Origin: Balamuthia mandrillaris
Taxonomy: Eukaryota
Assembly (NCBI GenBank): GCA_031835245.2
Contig: JAVKOQ020000041.1
Span: 124,001-188,000 of the forward strand
DNA: 64,000 bases
Direction of reading: 5' to 3'
In this document: positions 23,670 to 35,129 of the stretch, piece after piece
How positions within the stretch are numbered: the first letter of the stretch is position 1
How the letters are laid out: each line of letters opens with the position of its first letter
Notes under the pieces: generated by a model
Told to the model about the DNA's origin: nothing
Database searches by the model: none
The model's input: only the letters and a program-made list of their open reading frames with translations
Position numbers and translations under genes: made by a program

Positions 23670-25788
23670 CGTGCTAATGCCTTTCCTTATCAAAACGAAC
23701 AGACACTCATCACCCTGAGGGATTTGCCAATCTCGTCAAGGAAAATGTCCCTCACGGCATATTTACCTCGTGTTTGGGTATTGGCTCTGACTTCGACCCA
23801 ACACTAGTGGAGTTTCTCATGAAGGTCAAAGGCTCTAACTACTACACCGTCAAATCTGGCAAAGAATTCACCGCAAAGCTGGATGATGAGTTCGACCTTA
23901 TGGTTTCTCCTCTGCTCTTCGACTTGAAGCTTTTATTTAAGGCAGAGGGATGGGATATTGAAAACGTTCGTTGATACTGTTCTTTCTTGTTCTCTTCCTT
24001 CTTCTTCTCCTTTTTCTTCTTCGTGGTTGTCCATTTTGATAGCTTTATTTTTTCAGATGTATTTAATCTATTTTCACGCTGCTCTTATCTTCTTCAGGTA
24101 TATGGCTCTCCTCAAAGTGTAAATAGCAAGGATGAGCTGATGAATGGTTGGCTGACTACAGTCCTTTTTTCTCTTCTAAGAGCAAGTTATTAACGTTAGC
24201 TTATTATCGACAGTGGCTTCTCTTTTCCCGTCGAAGAAAGACGAAAGTGGACAGAACAAGGGAGGCATCATTATTTTGAAGCTTCGCCAAACCTCTGAGG
24301 ATATCTCTTCCTCCGTTATTAACCTCGACATTAGCTACACAGATCGTTCCAATAAGGCTTATGGTAACACTCTCTTTCTCTTCTTTTCTTCTTTAATGTG
24401 GCCTGTTTATTCATTGAGGCCCTGCAACAGAGGATAACACCGTAGTACAGCTCCCACTTGAGGAATTGAAGAATGGAGAGTCGAAAGGCTATTATGGCTG
24501 TTCTGGTCTTAGAAAGGCCATACTTCTCTCTCGCTTTGTTACGCTGATAAAACATTGGTCCGACGACGAGAGAACTGGCGGTACTTGCTCTCTCCGCTCC
24601 GCCGTAAGCTATTCTTAGTTAGCAATCTAAAATTCCCTGTTTGAAATAGATGCCCGGACCAAACCAACTATTACTAAAGAAACTGGCTTGCTATTGTCTA
24701 CCAAAGAGGCTGATGGCAAAACAGTTGATTACAGTACCACTCCCTTAGTAGTTTCTCCTCATTACCGCTCACTCCTTAAGGTATCTTTCATTTTTTGCTT
24801 GTCTTTCCGTATGAAAACCTTAAGTTGGAACAAATAAAGGCATTCAGCGATCATTTCGAGGAGCAAATAGATGAGCTGGGAGATGAAAACCTGCAGAAGG
24901 AGGTGGAGATCATGCAACGCATCATATCCACGCCTACAATCCCTTCTAGCATCCATCATGAGCATCAGGACGCAGGTTCCGATACTTGCTTCCGCCATGC
25001 CCTCAACATGTATTTCCAGAAACCACTCGTGAACGACCCCTCCTTCTTGCTACAGTACAGCGCGCTTGTTAAAGTACGTAATACTGTTGTGTATTGTTGA
25101 GAGAGAGAGGGAGAGAGACCCCAGAACTATCTGCCTTAACCAAAAAATGACACAAAAACGACTACAGAAAGCAGCAGGGAAAATAAAGGAACTTATCTAC
25201 GAAAACTGTGCTATCGACTTTTATGGCGGAGCAGAGAACGTGCCCGCCGATGAAAAGAAGATGGAAGATGAGCGCTCCGATCTGGCTTCCAATCCGGATC
25301 TCTTTGGCTACTTTGAGATTTTCAAGCAGACCTCTCCCAGAGACTTGCTCAACATGATCACCAAAGCGGGGCTCAAGGAGCTCTCTCCTAGTCAATGCTT
25401 GTTCCTGTTGCAGTTCCAGATGAGAACAGACGAGAAGACCGGAAAGCCGCACCTCGTCTACGTGCCTCATCGTTTGTACCATCGTTACGCTCGAAGCAAG
25501 TTTGCGGAGGACAAGAAGCAAACAACGGAGACATTCGTGGAGGCTTTGGAGAAAGAGCCCTCTATTAGTTCCATCTTCCTGGCCCACATCGAGAGCGGTA
25601 AAGCCCACGCGTTTGCTGCTCAGAGATTGGAGGACAGCGACGGCGCTTGGTGTCTGTTGGACAGTTTGAGGACGCACCCTTGCCTGGTGCGCACCACGAA
25701 GGACCTCTGGGAGAAGCACGAGTATGCTGGAAGGGCCTCCGTTATGGTGGCCAGAGACCCCAACAGGCCTTCCCTGGTGCTTATCTAA
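22396..25788 (+). CDS. Ubiquitin - VWA (MIDAS) - Josephin-like protease fusion protein, multi-exon
   Basis: 76-aa ubiquitin at 22396-22623 with no stop; continues PSTFCFAV / [14 protein letters not shown]...[16 protein letters not shown] motifs VL/DISGSM, GGTSM, IIFLTDD; C-terminal SIHHEHQ...TCFRHALN and HAFAAQR...WCLLDSL; all introns phase-compatible by manual splicing. Confidence 0.85.
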
Positions 25789-25821
25789 AAGGACATTGTA
25801 TTACTCAGAGAATATTTTCTT

Positions 25822-26892
25822 TTATCTCTTCCATGCAGAATAAGAACAACGAGACCAAACGGTTTCTTCCTCCTCTCCCTCTTCCTGAGGGCATCCGTGC
25901 TGCAGAGCATATTGCTTTATCTCCGGCCACTGCTGTGCAGCGCGCCAAGTGTAGGCATCCCAAGTACAGCCGTGCTGATGCGCCCACTTGAGCACCTCCA
26001 ACTGCCCATTCTTGGCGGCCTGGTAGCTCGTCCTCTCGTCCCAAGGACAACCGTTCTCCCTTGCCCACCGCAGCACCTCCAGATGACCGTGTTCAGCAGC
26101 CAAGGCGCAGGTCCACTCCTCCCACTCGCAACCGTTCTCTCTGGCCCACTGCAGCACCCCCAGATGTCCTTGCCGTGCTGCGCTGTACGAGGTCCTCTCG
26201 TCCCAAGGACAACCCACAGAACGAGCCCACTGCAACACAGGCAAGTGGCCGTTCTCGGCGGCGGCTGCGCAAGTGGTGGCATCCCAGGGGCAACCGTGTG
26301 CATGCGCCCAGCGCAGCACGTCCAAACGGCCGTGTAGCGCGGCATAGAAGCATACCAGTTTATCCCATTCGTACCCAACCCCACGAGCCCACTGCAACAC
26401 CTCCAAGTGCTTGGCCGCGGCTCTGCACACCCGCCGTTCATGAAAGGGCTGAAGGCCCTGCCCAAAGACCCACTTCAGCACTGCCAAATGGCCGTTGCGT
26501 GCTGCCTGGTGGCACGTCCTGCTGTCCCAGGGGCAGCCTTGCGCCCTTGCCCACCGCAGCACTCCCAACTGGCCCTGCCCTGCGGCGGCTGCGCAGGTGC
26601 TGGCGTGGTGCAGGGGATACCCTTGCGCGAGCGCCCAAAGAAGCAAAGTGGCGGAACTGCAAGCCCTGCGGGCGTACAGTTTGCGCCTTGCCTCGGGAGG
26701 ACAACAAGCGAACCAGCGCCTACAGGTTCTAGCGGCCACGCCCACCATGTCCTTGGGCAGCCATCCCAACACCAGGCACACCACCTCCGCAGGTAACGCC
26801 TCCACTTCTGTCGGGATGGTCAGGAGAGTGCTTAATGTCGACACATACAAGCCAACGAAAACATCACGACCCTTGGGCGAACAAGACGGCAC
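25822..26892 (-). CDS. F-box-like + ankyrin-like (GCPWD-type) repeat protein, intronless; start codon uncertain
   Basis: LPAEVVCLVLGWLP...AARTCRRW F-box-like segment, then about 9 repeats of AA.NGHL.VL.WAR..GCPWD..T. Confidence 0.85.
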   Translation of the reverse strand: MPSCSPKGRDVFVGLYVSTLSTLLTIPTEVEALPAEVVCLVLGWLPKDMVGVAARTCRRWFACCPPEARRKLYARRACSSATLLLWALAQGYPLHHASTCAAAAGQGQLGVLRWARAQGCPWDSRTCHQAARNGHLAVLKWVFGQGLQPFHERRVCRAAAKHLEVLQWARGVGYEWDKLVCFYAALHGRLDVLRWAHAHGCPWDATTCAAAAENGHLPVLQWARSVGCPWDERTSYSAARQGHLGVLQWARENGCEWEEWTCALAAEHGHLEVLRWARENGCPWDERTSYQAAKNGQLEVLKWAHQHGCTWDAYTWRAAQQWPEIKQYALQHGCPQEEGEEEETVWSRCSYSAWKR

Positions 26893-26927
26893 CCTACCAG
26901 CGAAGAAGAGGTAGATAGTTCAACAAC

Positions 26928-27693
26928 ATGGCTTTGAAGAGGGGAAGGCTGTTGCTGCTTTATCCTCTGTTCATGGTGGTTTGTGCCACGGCATTCAACG
27001 CTGTCGGCGTGGCCTCGGACTACAAGGGCTGGTTTGAGGGCTCGGCCGAGGTGCTCCTAAGCCCTTTTCTTGATGATTACTACTTTGGATGGAAAGGCTA
27101 CACCATCCAAAACCGTGAGGGAGAGTTTGACTACACCCACGACTCCGTTCGATCCACCCAGTTGGCAGAAACAGGCAAAAGGACCCTGGCGTTTTCTGTA
27201 ATGGCGCTGGTGGCAAATGTTGCAGGCGTCTTGTTGATCTTTGGCATCGCATGGCCCAAGGACGTTGCCCGTCGTGCGCGCTTCCGAAAGATTTCTCTTG
27301 GGTTTATCGCGTTTGCATGGTTGGTAGTTATCCTTTCCATTCCATCCGATTGAAAGACTTGTTTTTATCTCTGGTTTTTATTTATCATGTTTCCTCTCTC
27401 AATGCTTTGATATTCTCCCACTCACTCTTGCCGGCTTACTTTTCGAGAACAGTGTGTTTTCCTTTGTTTCCTCCGTTGGTTTCATCTCACTCTTTGCCAG
27501 CGAGTTCGACGACGACCTAGTTCCCGGAATTGACCATTGGTGGCCGTCTCAAGCGTGGTTCTTGGTGTTCTTTGCGTTTGTCTTCGACTTCTTTGGATTT
27601 TCAGGCGTCATGGGCTGTGGATACTGGGACAGAGACTTTGACGATCAGCAAACGGTCAAGAGGAACCTGTCGGCTCCCGTAAGCCCAACGTGA
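26928..27693 (+). CDS. Four-transmembrane claudin/PMP22-like membrane protein, 2 exons
   Basis: Hydrophobic TM1, W...YFGWK loop, three more hydrophobic helices; phase-2 intron joins FIAFA-C-VFSFVSS. Confidence 0.6.
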
Positions 27694-27949
27694 GAGGCAG
27701 CCTATCGCCCCATCTTTCATGAAAGGATATCTTTTGTCATGACAAGCTTCGACCAAGTTTTCGCACGCATGCCAAAGGCAACCGGACGAAAAGGCCATTG
27801 CAAACGGACCAAGATAATTCTATATTTTTGAGTTTTTTTTTCCAGCCGAAGAACCTATACAAACACAAGAAAGAGAGGAAAGCAACTACAGACATCGCCA
27901 CGCCGGGGAGATGAACTCTAATGCAACGCAGAAACAACAAAGTAGCAAG

Positions 27950-28469
27950 ATGGCGTTGTTCTGGCTGTTTCTGCCTCTGTCCTGCTTGGTCTGTGCCGGT
28001 GCGGCGATTGTTCTCATCAACGGATCTTTATTTCTGACCGTGGAGCTTAAAAATATATGCGATCATACTGATGGTTTTTTTTCCTCCGTTTCCGTTTTTC
28101 TTTTTGCATCTGGAGTGCTTCTCTCTCTCTCTCTCTTTCTCTTACGTTCGCTCTTTAACCAACGGATGGATCTTAACAGAGGACATCATCAGTTGTTGTA
28201 ACGGCGAAAACCCCAGGAAGGATGACCACTGCCCGGTGTTTGACTGTGAAGAGGCGAAACCTTGTCGCTGCGAAACGACGGACGGCGCCATAGTTTGCTT
28301 TGAGCATAAGCCTTACTCTAGAGGACTGGCCATGGTGATCGTGGGCGCCGTGTTCTTTTTATGCTGCTTTTTCACCTGTGCTGCCTGCACCGGCCTTTGG
28401 GTTCGCAGACGACACAAGGCCAGAGAGAAGGCCAGACGACAATTGACCGTGAGTGTTCACAACGCATAG
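27950..28469 (+). CDS. Small two-TM protein with Cys-rich loop, 2 exons
   Basis: MALFWLFLP...ICDHTD / EDIISCCNG...CPVFDC...CRC...IVC...RGLAMVIVG...; alternative ATG at 27911. Confidence 0.75.
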
Positions 28470-28840
28470 TGGCGCGCACGATGCAAGATTCTCTCCTCCT
28501 CTTTCCTCCTCTATCTTGCCGGTCGTTTGCTCCGAGCACGTGGATATCATCAGCTGGAAACTAGGTTTTCAGGCGCTGAAGGCGAAAGGGGGAAATAAAA
28601 AAAGCCAAAAACAAAGGCAAACAAGTGAACGAAAGGGCGCCAAAACCACCAGGTGCGCTATGGATAGGAGCAAAGACCATTTTTTCACGCCGTTCAAATG
28701 CGGGATGGACGTGAGAGACCTCCATTTTCATTACCTAAATGAAAGACGGAAAGAAATTCACCGCAAGCGAAAGGCTCCCGTGGTTGGCCTCCCGTGGTGC
28801 CGGCAAAAGCAAGGATAGCGACAAAACGGATAAACAAACA

Positions 28841-29292
28841 ATGCTGTCCAACGTTGCTGAGGATAGGAGCACGAAGGGCATCACGCTGTTGTTAGCCCTT
28901 CCCTGCTCCTGTTTGCTCTTCTTTGGTGGTTTGGCGGTGGTCATTGCCGGCTCCGTCATTTTGGCGGACGAAGTGGAGGACATTTGCGACTACTCCAGTG
29001 GGTAGAAGAACCTCAACTCCATTTTTCCCCCTCTTTAAGGGGAGGGACTGGATTGTTGCGACACGGATAAGAAACCCGGCAATAGGGAGGAGACTGTCCG
29101 CCGTTTGACTGTGGCCACATGGAGCGGGGAGGGTCGAATAAGTGCCACTGCGTGGACGACCTGGGTCGGATCGTGTGCAAGGATCATCGGTCCCTAGCGC
29201 GAGGCATCGCAATGGTGGTGGTCGGTGGTTTGTGCTTCTCCTTTGTTGCTGCCCCTGTTCTGGTGATCAGCACCGTCATGTCCAAACCCTAA
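28841..29292 (+). pseudogene. Tandem paralog of the 27950-28469 gene carrying one frameshift (pseudogene or sequencing error)
   Basis: Same Cys pattern (ICD, DCC, CPPFDC, CHC, IVC) and RGIAMVVVG; reading frame shifts at about 29081-29090 (aatagggagg). Confidence 0.65.
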
Positions 29293-29599
29293 CCCAATAT
29301 GTCGACAAATATAAAATTTAAGGTAATTGTCCGCAGTAAAGCAAACGAAATTTCTTAGCCAATAACCAACGCGAATAACGGTCTTTTTTAAGGAGCTTCA
29401 TTAGCCGTTAACTTAACCGCCAATTGCAACGCTCCGTTATTTTTTCCAGTTAATGCAAATTTTTTTTTTCCGTTTCCCTCCTTTTTTTTTTTTTTATTTT
29501 TATTTTTCTTTGGTTCGCCACTACTCAAAAAACAAGACAAAAAACTCACTACCTCTCTGTACAACGCACACAACCGAGTACCCCCACTCAGCACAAACA

Positions 29600-30123
29600 A
29601 TGTCCACCGACAACGGAAGCAAGAGCACCGCCGCCGCCGCCACCAGCGCCGCCGCCAAGAAGGGAGGCGCCGCCGCTGCCGCCGCCGCCGCCAAGGAGAA
29701 GAAGGAGCGGATAGTGCCCTTTGATGTGACCAAGTTGGACAGCCTCAAACACAAGAGGCTGCAGAGCCTCTGCAAGAGGGCCGGCATCAAGGCCAACGAG
29801 CCCAGCGAGAAATTGAGGGAGGAGCTCAAAAAGTACCACACCGCCAACAAGAAGGCCATCGAGGCTGCCATTGCTGAGAATCAGAAGAAAAAGTACGTTT
29901 GATTTTGTTCCCCTTTTTTTTTTCTCTCGCCAACTGCAAGAACAAGAAATCAGTGGATGAAGATGAAACAAAAATCTGAATTATTTTTTGGTGTGGCCTA
30001 ATCCATTATTTTTTTTTTCAAACCAACCCAAATAATAGGAGCGCACCCAAGAAGAAGTCGAACATGACGGCCACCCTTGAGGAAAAGGTTCACTACAAGC
30101 CCAAGATGGCAACTTACGATTAA
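29600..30123 (+). CDS. Small basic protein with SAP/HeH-like DNA-binding motif, 2 exons
   Basis: LDSLKHKRLQSLCKRAGIKAN...LREELKKY resembles the NuSAP-type SAP motif; exon 2 SAPKKKSNMT...MATYD*. Confidence 0.7.
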
Positions 30124-30396
30124 CACACACACAGAAAAAAAAACATTTTCTTTTTTGATTTTTTTTTTCAAAGAGACTCACAAAAAGTTGCGATCTTTCG
30201 CAACCTTCTTTTTCTGTTTGTTTTTTTTGTACATTGTTAAAGTAGAGACCGTTGATTGACGGCTCCTCCTCATCACACCATAACAAGATCAGTAAATTTT
30301 TTAATCTCTCCCAAAACTCTTCTCCTCTTTCGTTTCTCTCTTTTGCATTTTTGTTGATTGTGATTCATCTCAAAAAAACAAACTGTTTTCTGCACT

Positions 30397-30446
<50 letters not shown>

Positions 30447-30468
30447 CTCTTCTTCATCATTCTCCCAT

Positions 30469-31789
30469 CTAGTTCAAGGCACACCGAGACGAACCCGACG
30501 AAGAGAACGAACGTTCGTGAGCGGCGTTGCGCTCTTCTCTTTGGTTCTGCTCCGTGAGCAGACGAAGCCTGGCCAGATCGTCTCTCCCTCGCAGGAACCG
30601 TCGAGCGCAGGGCTCAGAGCAGAGAGGCTGGGCAATCGGCAAGGTCGCACTGCCGTCGTCCAAGCTGATGGCCTTGCCGATGCGGAGGCGTGGCGGCCCG
30701 ATGGAGAGGGCTTGGCAGGCCGCGCAGCGCCAACACTCGCGTTGTGCCCATTCGATCAGATCGAGAGGTACGAGCTTCTGTTTTGCCATGAAGCAAGGGG
30801 AAAGAAAGGGTAAGAAGAGAGAAAGAAGAGAAGAGAAGAGAAGAGAAGAGAAGAGAAGAGAAGAGAAGAGAAGAGAACAAGCAAGAAGGAAAATAGAAGA
30901 GAAATGGAGAACAAACCTTGGCCTGTTTGAGGGAGTAATGCCGAAATACGTTTTGGGCGCAAAGCATCAAGAGAGAAGGAAGAGGGGCCCAGGGCGGAGG
31001 CTTTCCTTTCTCTATCTCGTACTTCCACCAATGTGGTTCCTCCACTGCCTGCTCTTCCTCTTCCTCTTCCTCCTTCACCTTTTTTCCTCCTCTTTCTTCT
31101 TCTTCTTCTTCTTCGCCGTCATTGTTGTTGTTATCGGAACGAGAAGAGGAAGAGGAAGAGGAAGAGGAATCATGATGGGGAGAGCCAACTTCACCGGTGA
31201 GAGCTCGAATGGCAGGAAAAGGATTGTTTTGTGCGCGAAAGAGATTGTAGGAGGCCACCTTGCTCAAAGCTTCGGCCGGGAGGAAGAGCAGCTGGTTGGA
31301 GTCAAGCAGCAAGTCTGTCAACCCCTTGAGCAAAAACAGCTGCAGAGGCACTTAACCGTGAGGAGAGAGGAGGAACACGAAAAGAAAGAAGAGAGGAGAA
31401 AGAGCAGAGCAAAGAAAAGAAGACCTCTTTGGGAACCGAGATGAGTTTGTTGTGCTGCAGGTTCAACGAGCGCAGCGAGGTGAGGAGCCCTATTTCTGAG
31501 GGTATTTCTACCAGTCTATTAAAGCTGAGGTCCAACTCTGTTGTTGTCAAAGAGAGAGAGGTATAAGCAAAAGAGAGAGATCAACGCCAGCGTCAACAAA
31601 CCTACCGACCACATGACCACAAAGACGTCCGATGCTCCTGGGCAAGAGGGTCAAATCTCGGTCGGAAAGGTCAAGCCTCCAAAACGGGCTGTCCTTTATG
31701 TTCTTGGTAGCAGACCGTTCCACCAGCTCGAACAGCTGGTCCCATTCCTGTTCCTCCTGTGCTCTCCTTCCCTCCTCGTTTGTTTGCAT
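30469..31789 (-). CDS. Short leucine-rich-repeat protein with BC-box-like motif and C-terminal Cys cluster (LRRC58/LRRC28-like)
   Basis: LDLSDRDLTLLP, LDLSFNRLVEIPSEIGLL, LNLQHNKL, LLLDSNQL; LPSLLMLCA; CAAC...LCSEPC. Confidence 0.8.
30822..30876. repeat. (AGAAG)n pentanucleotide microsatellite in an intron
   Basis: Directly visible. Confidence 0.85.
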
Positions 31790-32389
31790 CGCTTTCTTTT
31801 ACGTTATTTCCAACCAGAAATTTTTGTGGACATATTTTTGATTTAAGATTGGCTAAAATTCAAATTATCAGATCGAATAATCGTGTCGTCATGAAGTCCG
31901 CAGATCTCAACAAGAAACAAAAACAAAAGAAATGGAACACGAAGAAGCGCCGGCGAAGGAGGAGGATCTCACGCGAACATTGCGGTTGCAAGCACAAGCG
32001 GTAAAGCAGAAAGCAACTCCTCTCATTTTACTATCCACTTCTATTTGACGTATGTGTGGGGAACAAACAAACATAACAGTTGGCCACAACGCTTGCGCTG
32101 CTTCAACATTCGGTGGCGGCCAACAAAGCAAAGGTGGATGAGCTTTCTCTCTTGGTGGAGTCGAACCAAACGTTCCTCCAAGCATGGCACTCCCTCTTTC
32201 ACGACATTTCCTCCGCCCCCATTCAGCGTCCACACCCTCCTGGCCAAAACGAATGAACAGCCATTGTACGAGGTACTCTTTCTAATCTCTGCAGATGGCT
32301 TCAACAACAAATCACTTTTTTTTTTGCTTTACGTTCTCATTTAAAAACTTACTCACAAAATAGCAAAAAAATACCACAAAAAAAGCTAT

Positions 32390-34992
32390 TTACACTTTGT
32401 TGGCACTCGTTCGTTTGCCTCTTCGTTGAAAGCCTTCCAAGTACCATGACCCGCTTGTGGCCATTGAACTCTTTTGTGCTGGTGGTGTTGACAGTGGTAA
32501 TGGCGAAGAGGGAGACTGCTCCGGAGAAGGAGAAGGAGAAGGAGAAGAAGAACAAGAAGCGAATCGGAACTTTCTTGAAAGGCAATCGCGCACCTCTTCG
32601 CTGACCAAGATGCGACCAACCCCACAAGACTCACGCAAGCAATCCACTCGACGCACAGCATCGCCATACACTTCCACTGAGGTTCGTGGCAAAAGTCTTG
32701 TGGGCCTTTTTGCATACCAGAATGAGAAACCGAAAGAAGAGAGGGAGAAGATTTTGTACCCAAGAGTGCCAACAATGACTGAGCCAGAATGTATACCAAG
32801 CCGCAGTCCAAAGACTATGCGCTTAGTACCCGAAGAACAAGAAGGGCTCGACGAAGAAGGAAAAGGAAAAGGAGAAGATTCAGGAGAAGCAGCATTTGAC
32901 AGTGAGCATGGTTTTCGTCGCTGACTAACCAAATGACTTCCGGACGTGGAGAGAGAGAATGTTGTTTGCTCTGAACTCTCTCTTTTCATCTGCATCGCAA
33001 ATGCTGTCATGACAGACTTGAGCCTGCCTTTCAACGTCAACGCAAACGAGGCCATCATCTCTTTTGCCTGTTGTCTGCTTTGTTGCTCAAACTCTGCTTG
33101 CTGCTCTCCAAGAGGCTCTCTGCTATTCTTCAAATTGTCAGAAGGACTTTCGTTGGAGCGTGAACGTCTTCGCGTGAGTATTCTTTGTTGGGGCGGTCTC
33201 GCTTTGGGAGGAGAAGCAGCAAGCAACTGAAGCCTTCTTCTCTCCGCTCTTCGTTTCTTCTCGGCTGCCTTCTTCAGCCGTTGCAATTGCCCCAACTTCT
33301 CTTCTTCCTCCCTGATTCTTCTCGCTGCTGAATCAGTTCTGTGCATTCGTATCTCTTTGGGAGAAGAAGAAAAGGACGCTTTCTTTCCAAAGGCAAGCTT
33401 GGAAGAGGAGAAGCTAGAAGTTATCTTCTTTGTCGCGGTAGACGTTGAGGTGTTGCTCATCCATGGTTCGATGGGGGAGGAGATAGCTGCTTCAAAGGCT
33501 GCTTGGCTTGCAGAGGAGGATAAGGCGCGCCCCTTGTCACCTATCGAGGAATACTCTTCATCCTCTTCGATGAGGCTGTACAATGTACTTGATGGCAGAA
33601 TCAGCTGGCCAAATGAATCTTTTGGATCTCTGTTGATGGTGATGATAGAGAAGTAGAAGTATAAGAGAGAAATCATAAGAAGAAGAAAGACAAAAGATCA
33701 AGAAGCAAAAGAAGCCAAATGGAAAGGCGTACTCTTCTGGAAAGGATGGCAATGGAGCGGACTTGCGCCATTCTGAGTAAGGCTGAAAGAAGGCGGGATA
33801 AGTGGCAGCTCTTCCTCTGTCAGAGGCAGCAGAGTCGGAAGTGGCGATGGCCTCTGGATGGAACAGCAACGCCTTTTCGTCCTTACGCATCCTCTCCTCC
33901 TTCAATCGCTTTGCTTTCATCTTGGCTCTTCTCACCCGCAACGTCAGGTTGGTCTCCGAGTAACTATTCAACTGGCCAACAAACGGAGCGGAACGCAGAG
34001 AAAGCAGAGGGTTGTTCATCGGTTCGTCCTCATTCTCTCCTTCCCGTCCGTCGGCTGACTGTGGATGAAGAATTGCTCGCGAGAGGCCTCCCACGACAAG
34101 ATACTTGCCTCCTCCCATGGAAACCTTTTGAAGGGAAGGAAAGCAGGCGAGCGTGTCATCGAGAAGGTTGAAGATGACGTTGAGCCTCTGGAAGGCGCTT
34201 TCGGTATCCTGGCAGCTTTCCACAAACTCATTGCACCCCATGACCTCTATACTGCAAATGGAGACGTCGTTGAATCTTTGAGGTTTTGGAGTTTCCCATT
34301 TTTTAGCCCGTTTGTTGGTGTCCTCCTCGTCGTCGTCGTCATCATCGACGTCTTCGACTTCCTCATCCTCTTCTTCGCCCAGTTTTGCCTTTTCCTCTTC
34401 CTCTTGCCTAAGTCTCGAAGTTTCTCTTCCCCTTTCGTCCGCATTCTTTTCTTTTCCCTTCTCTTTGTCTTTCAAGGCTTTGAGGCTGCCTCCTCTCTTT
34501 CCTCTAACCCCAACCCCTCGGCGACCGTTGGTAGATATACTGCTGCTCTCCAGGTGCTTAGTTTGGCCTGGAGGGCTGCCGGTATGTTGCATTTCTCCCA
34601 GGGTTCGGCTTCCTTTCCTCTTCATTGGTGCTGCAGTATTGAGTGGTTTCTTGACAACAGAACCTTTCTTTTTGGTTTGCTATGGTTGTTGGTTTGGTTG
34701 TGCAGAGAGTACGGTTGATACCAGCGCACGCCTCCCTTTCCACACAACCAGCAAAAAAATAAATAAAAAAATAAAAAAAAAAATAAGGTCAGCCGCCTGC
34801 TCCACAATTAAGCAAAAAAAAAACCAGGAGGAGTTGTTTGGCGGTGTGTCGGTTCGACTTCCCCCGATGCCGGTTACTCCTTATCTGGTTCTCTTTCGCT
34901 TTCGGCGTCTGCCTGGAAGCCTCAGGGTCTGGGTTGCCCGGATGAGTCCGTCTCTTACACGATTCTTTTGCCCAAAATGCGGAACCCCACAC
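32390..34992 (-). CDS. Degenerate class III adenylate/guanylate cyclase-like protein with large low-complexity insertions; 5' end unclear
   Basis: FNDVSICSIEVMG, LNVIFNLLD, KVSMGGGKYLVVGGL, LRLGIHSGSVIVGTLG, VYGDAV, GRILVSEEV follow the cyclase fold order. Confidence 0.7.
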
Positions 34993-35129
34993 AGCAGCAA
35001 ACGCACGTCACCACCGCCTGTTGATCAACCTGCAAGATCATCCCGTTGATTATTCTCCGTGTTAAGAAATACCCGGTTTCCATAGACACCAAATATGTCG
35101 ACAAATTGTGGTTATTTCCATGGAAACAA

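Noticed and set aside
25897..26914. Plus-strand ORFs over the ankyrin gene
   Set aside because: Antisense shadows of a GC-rich repeat gene
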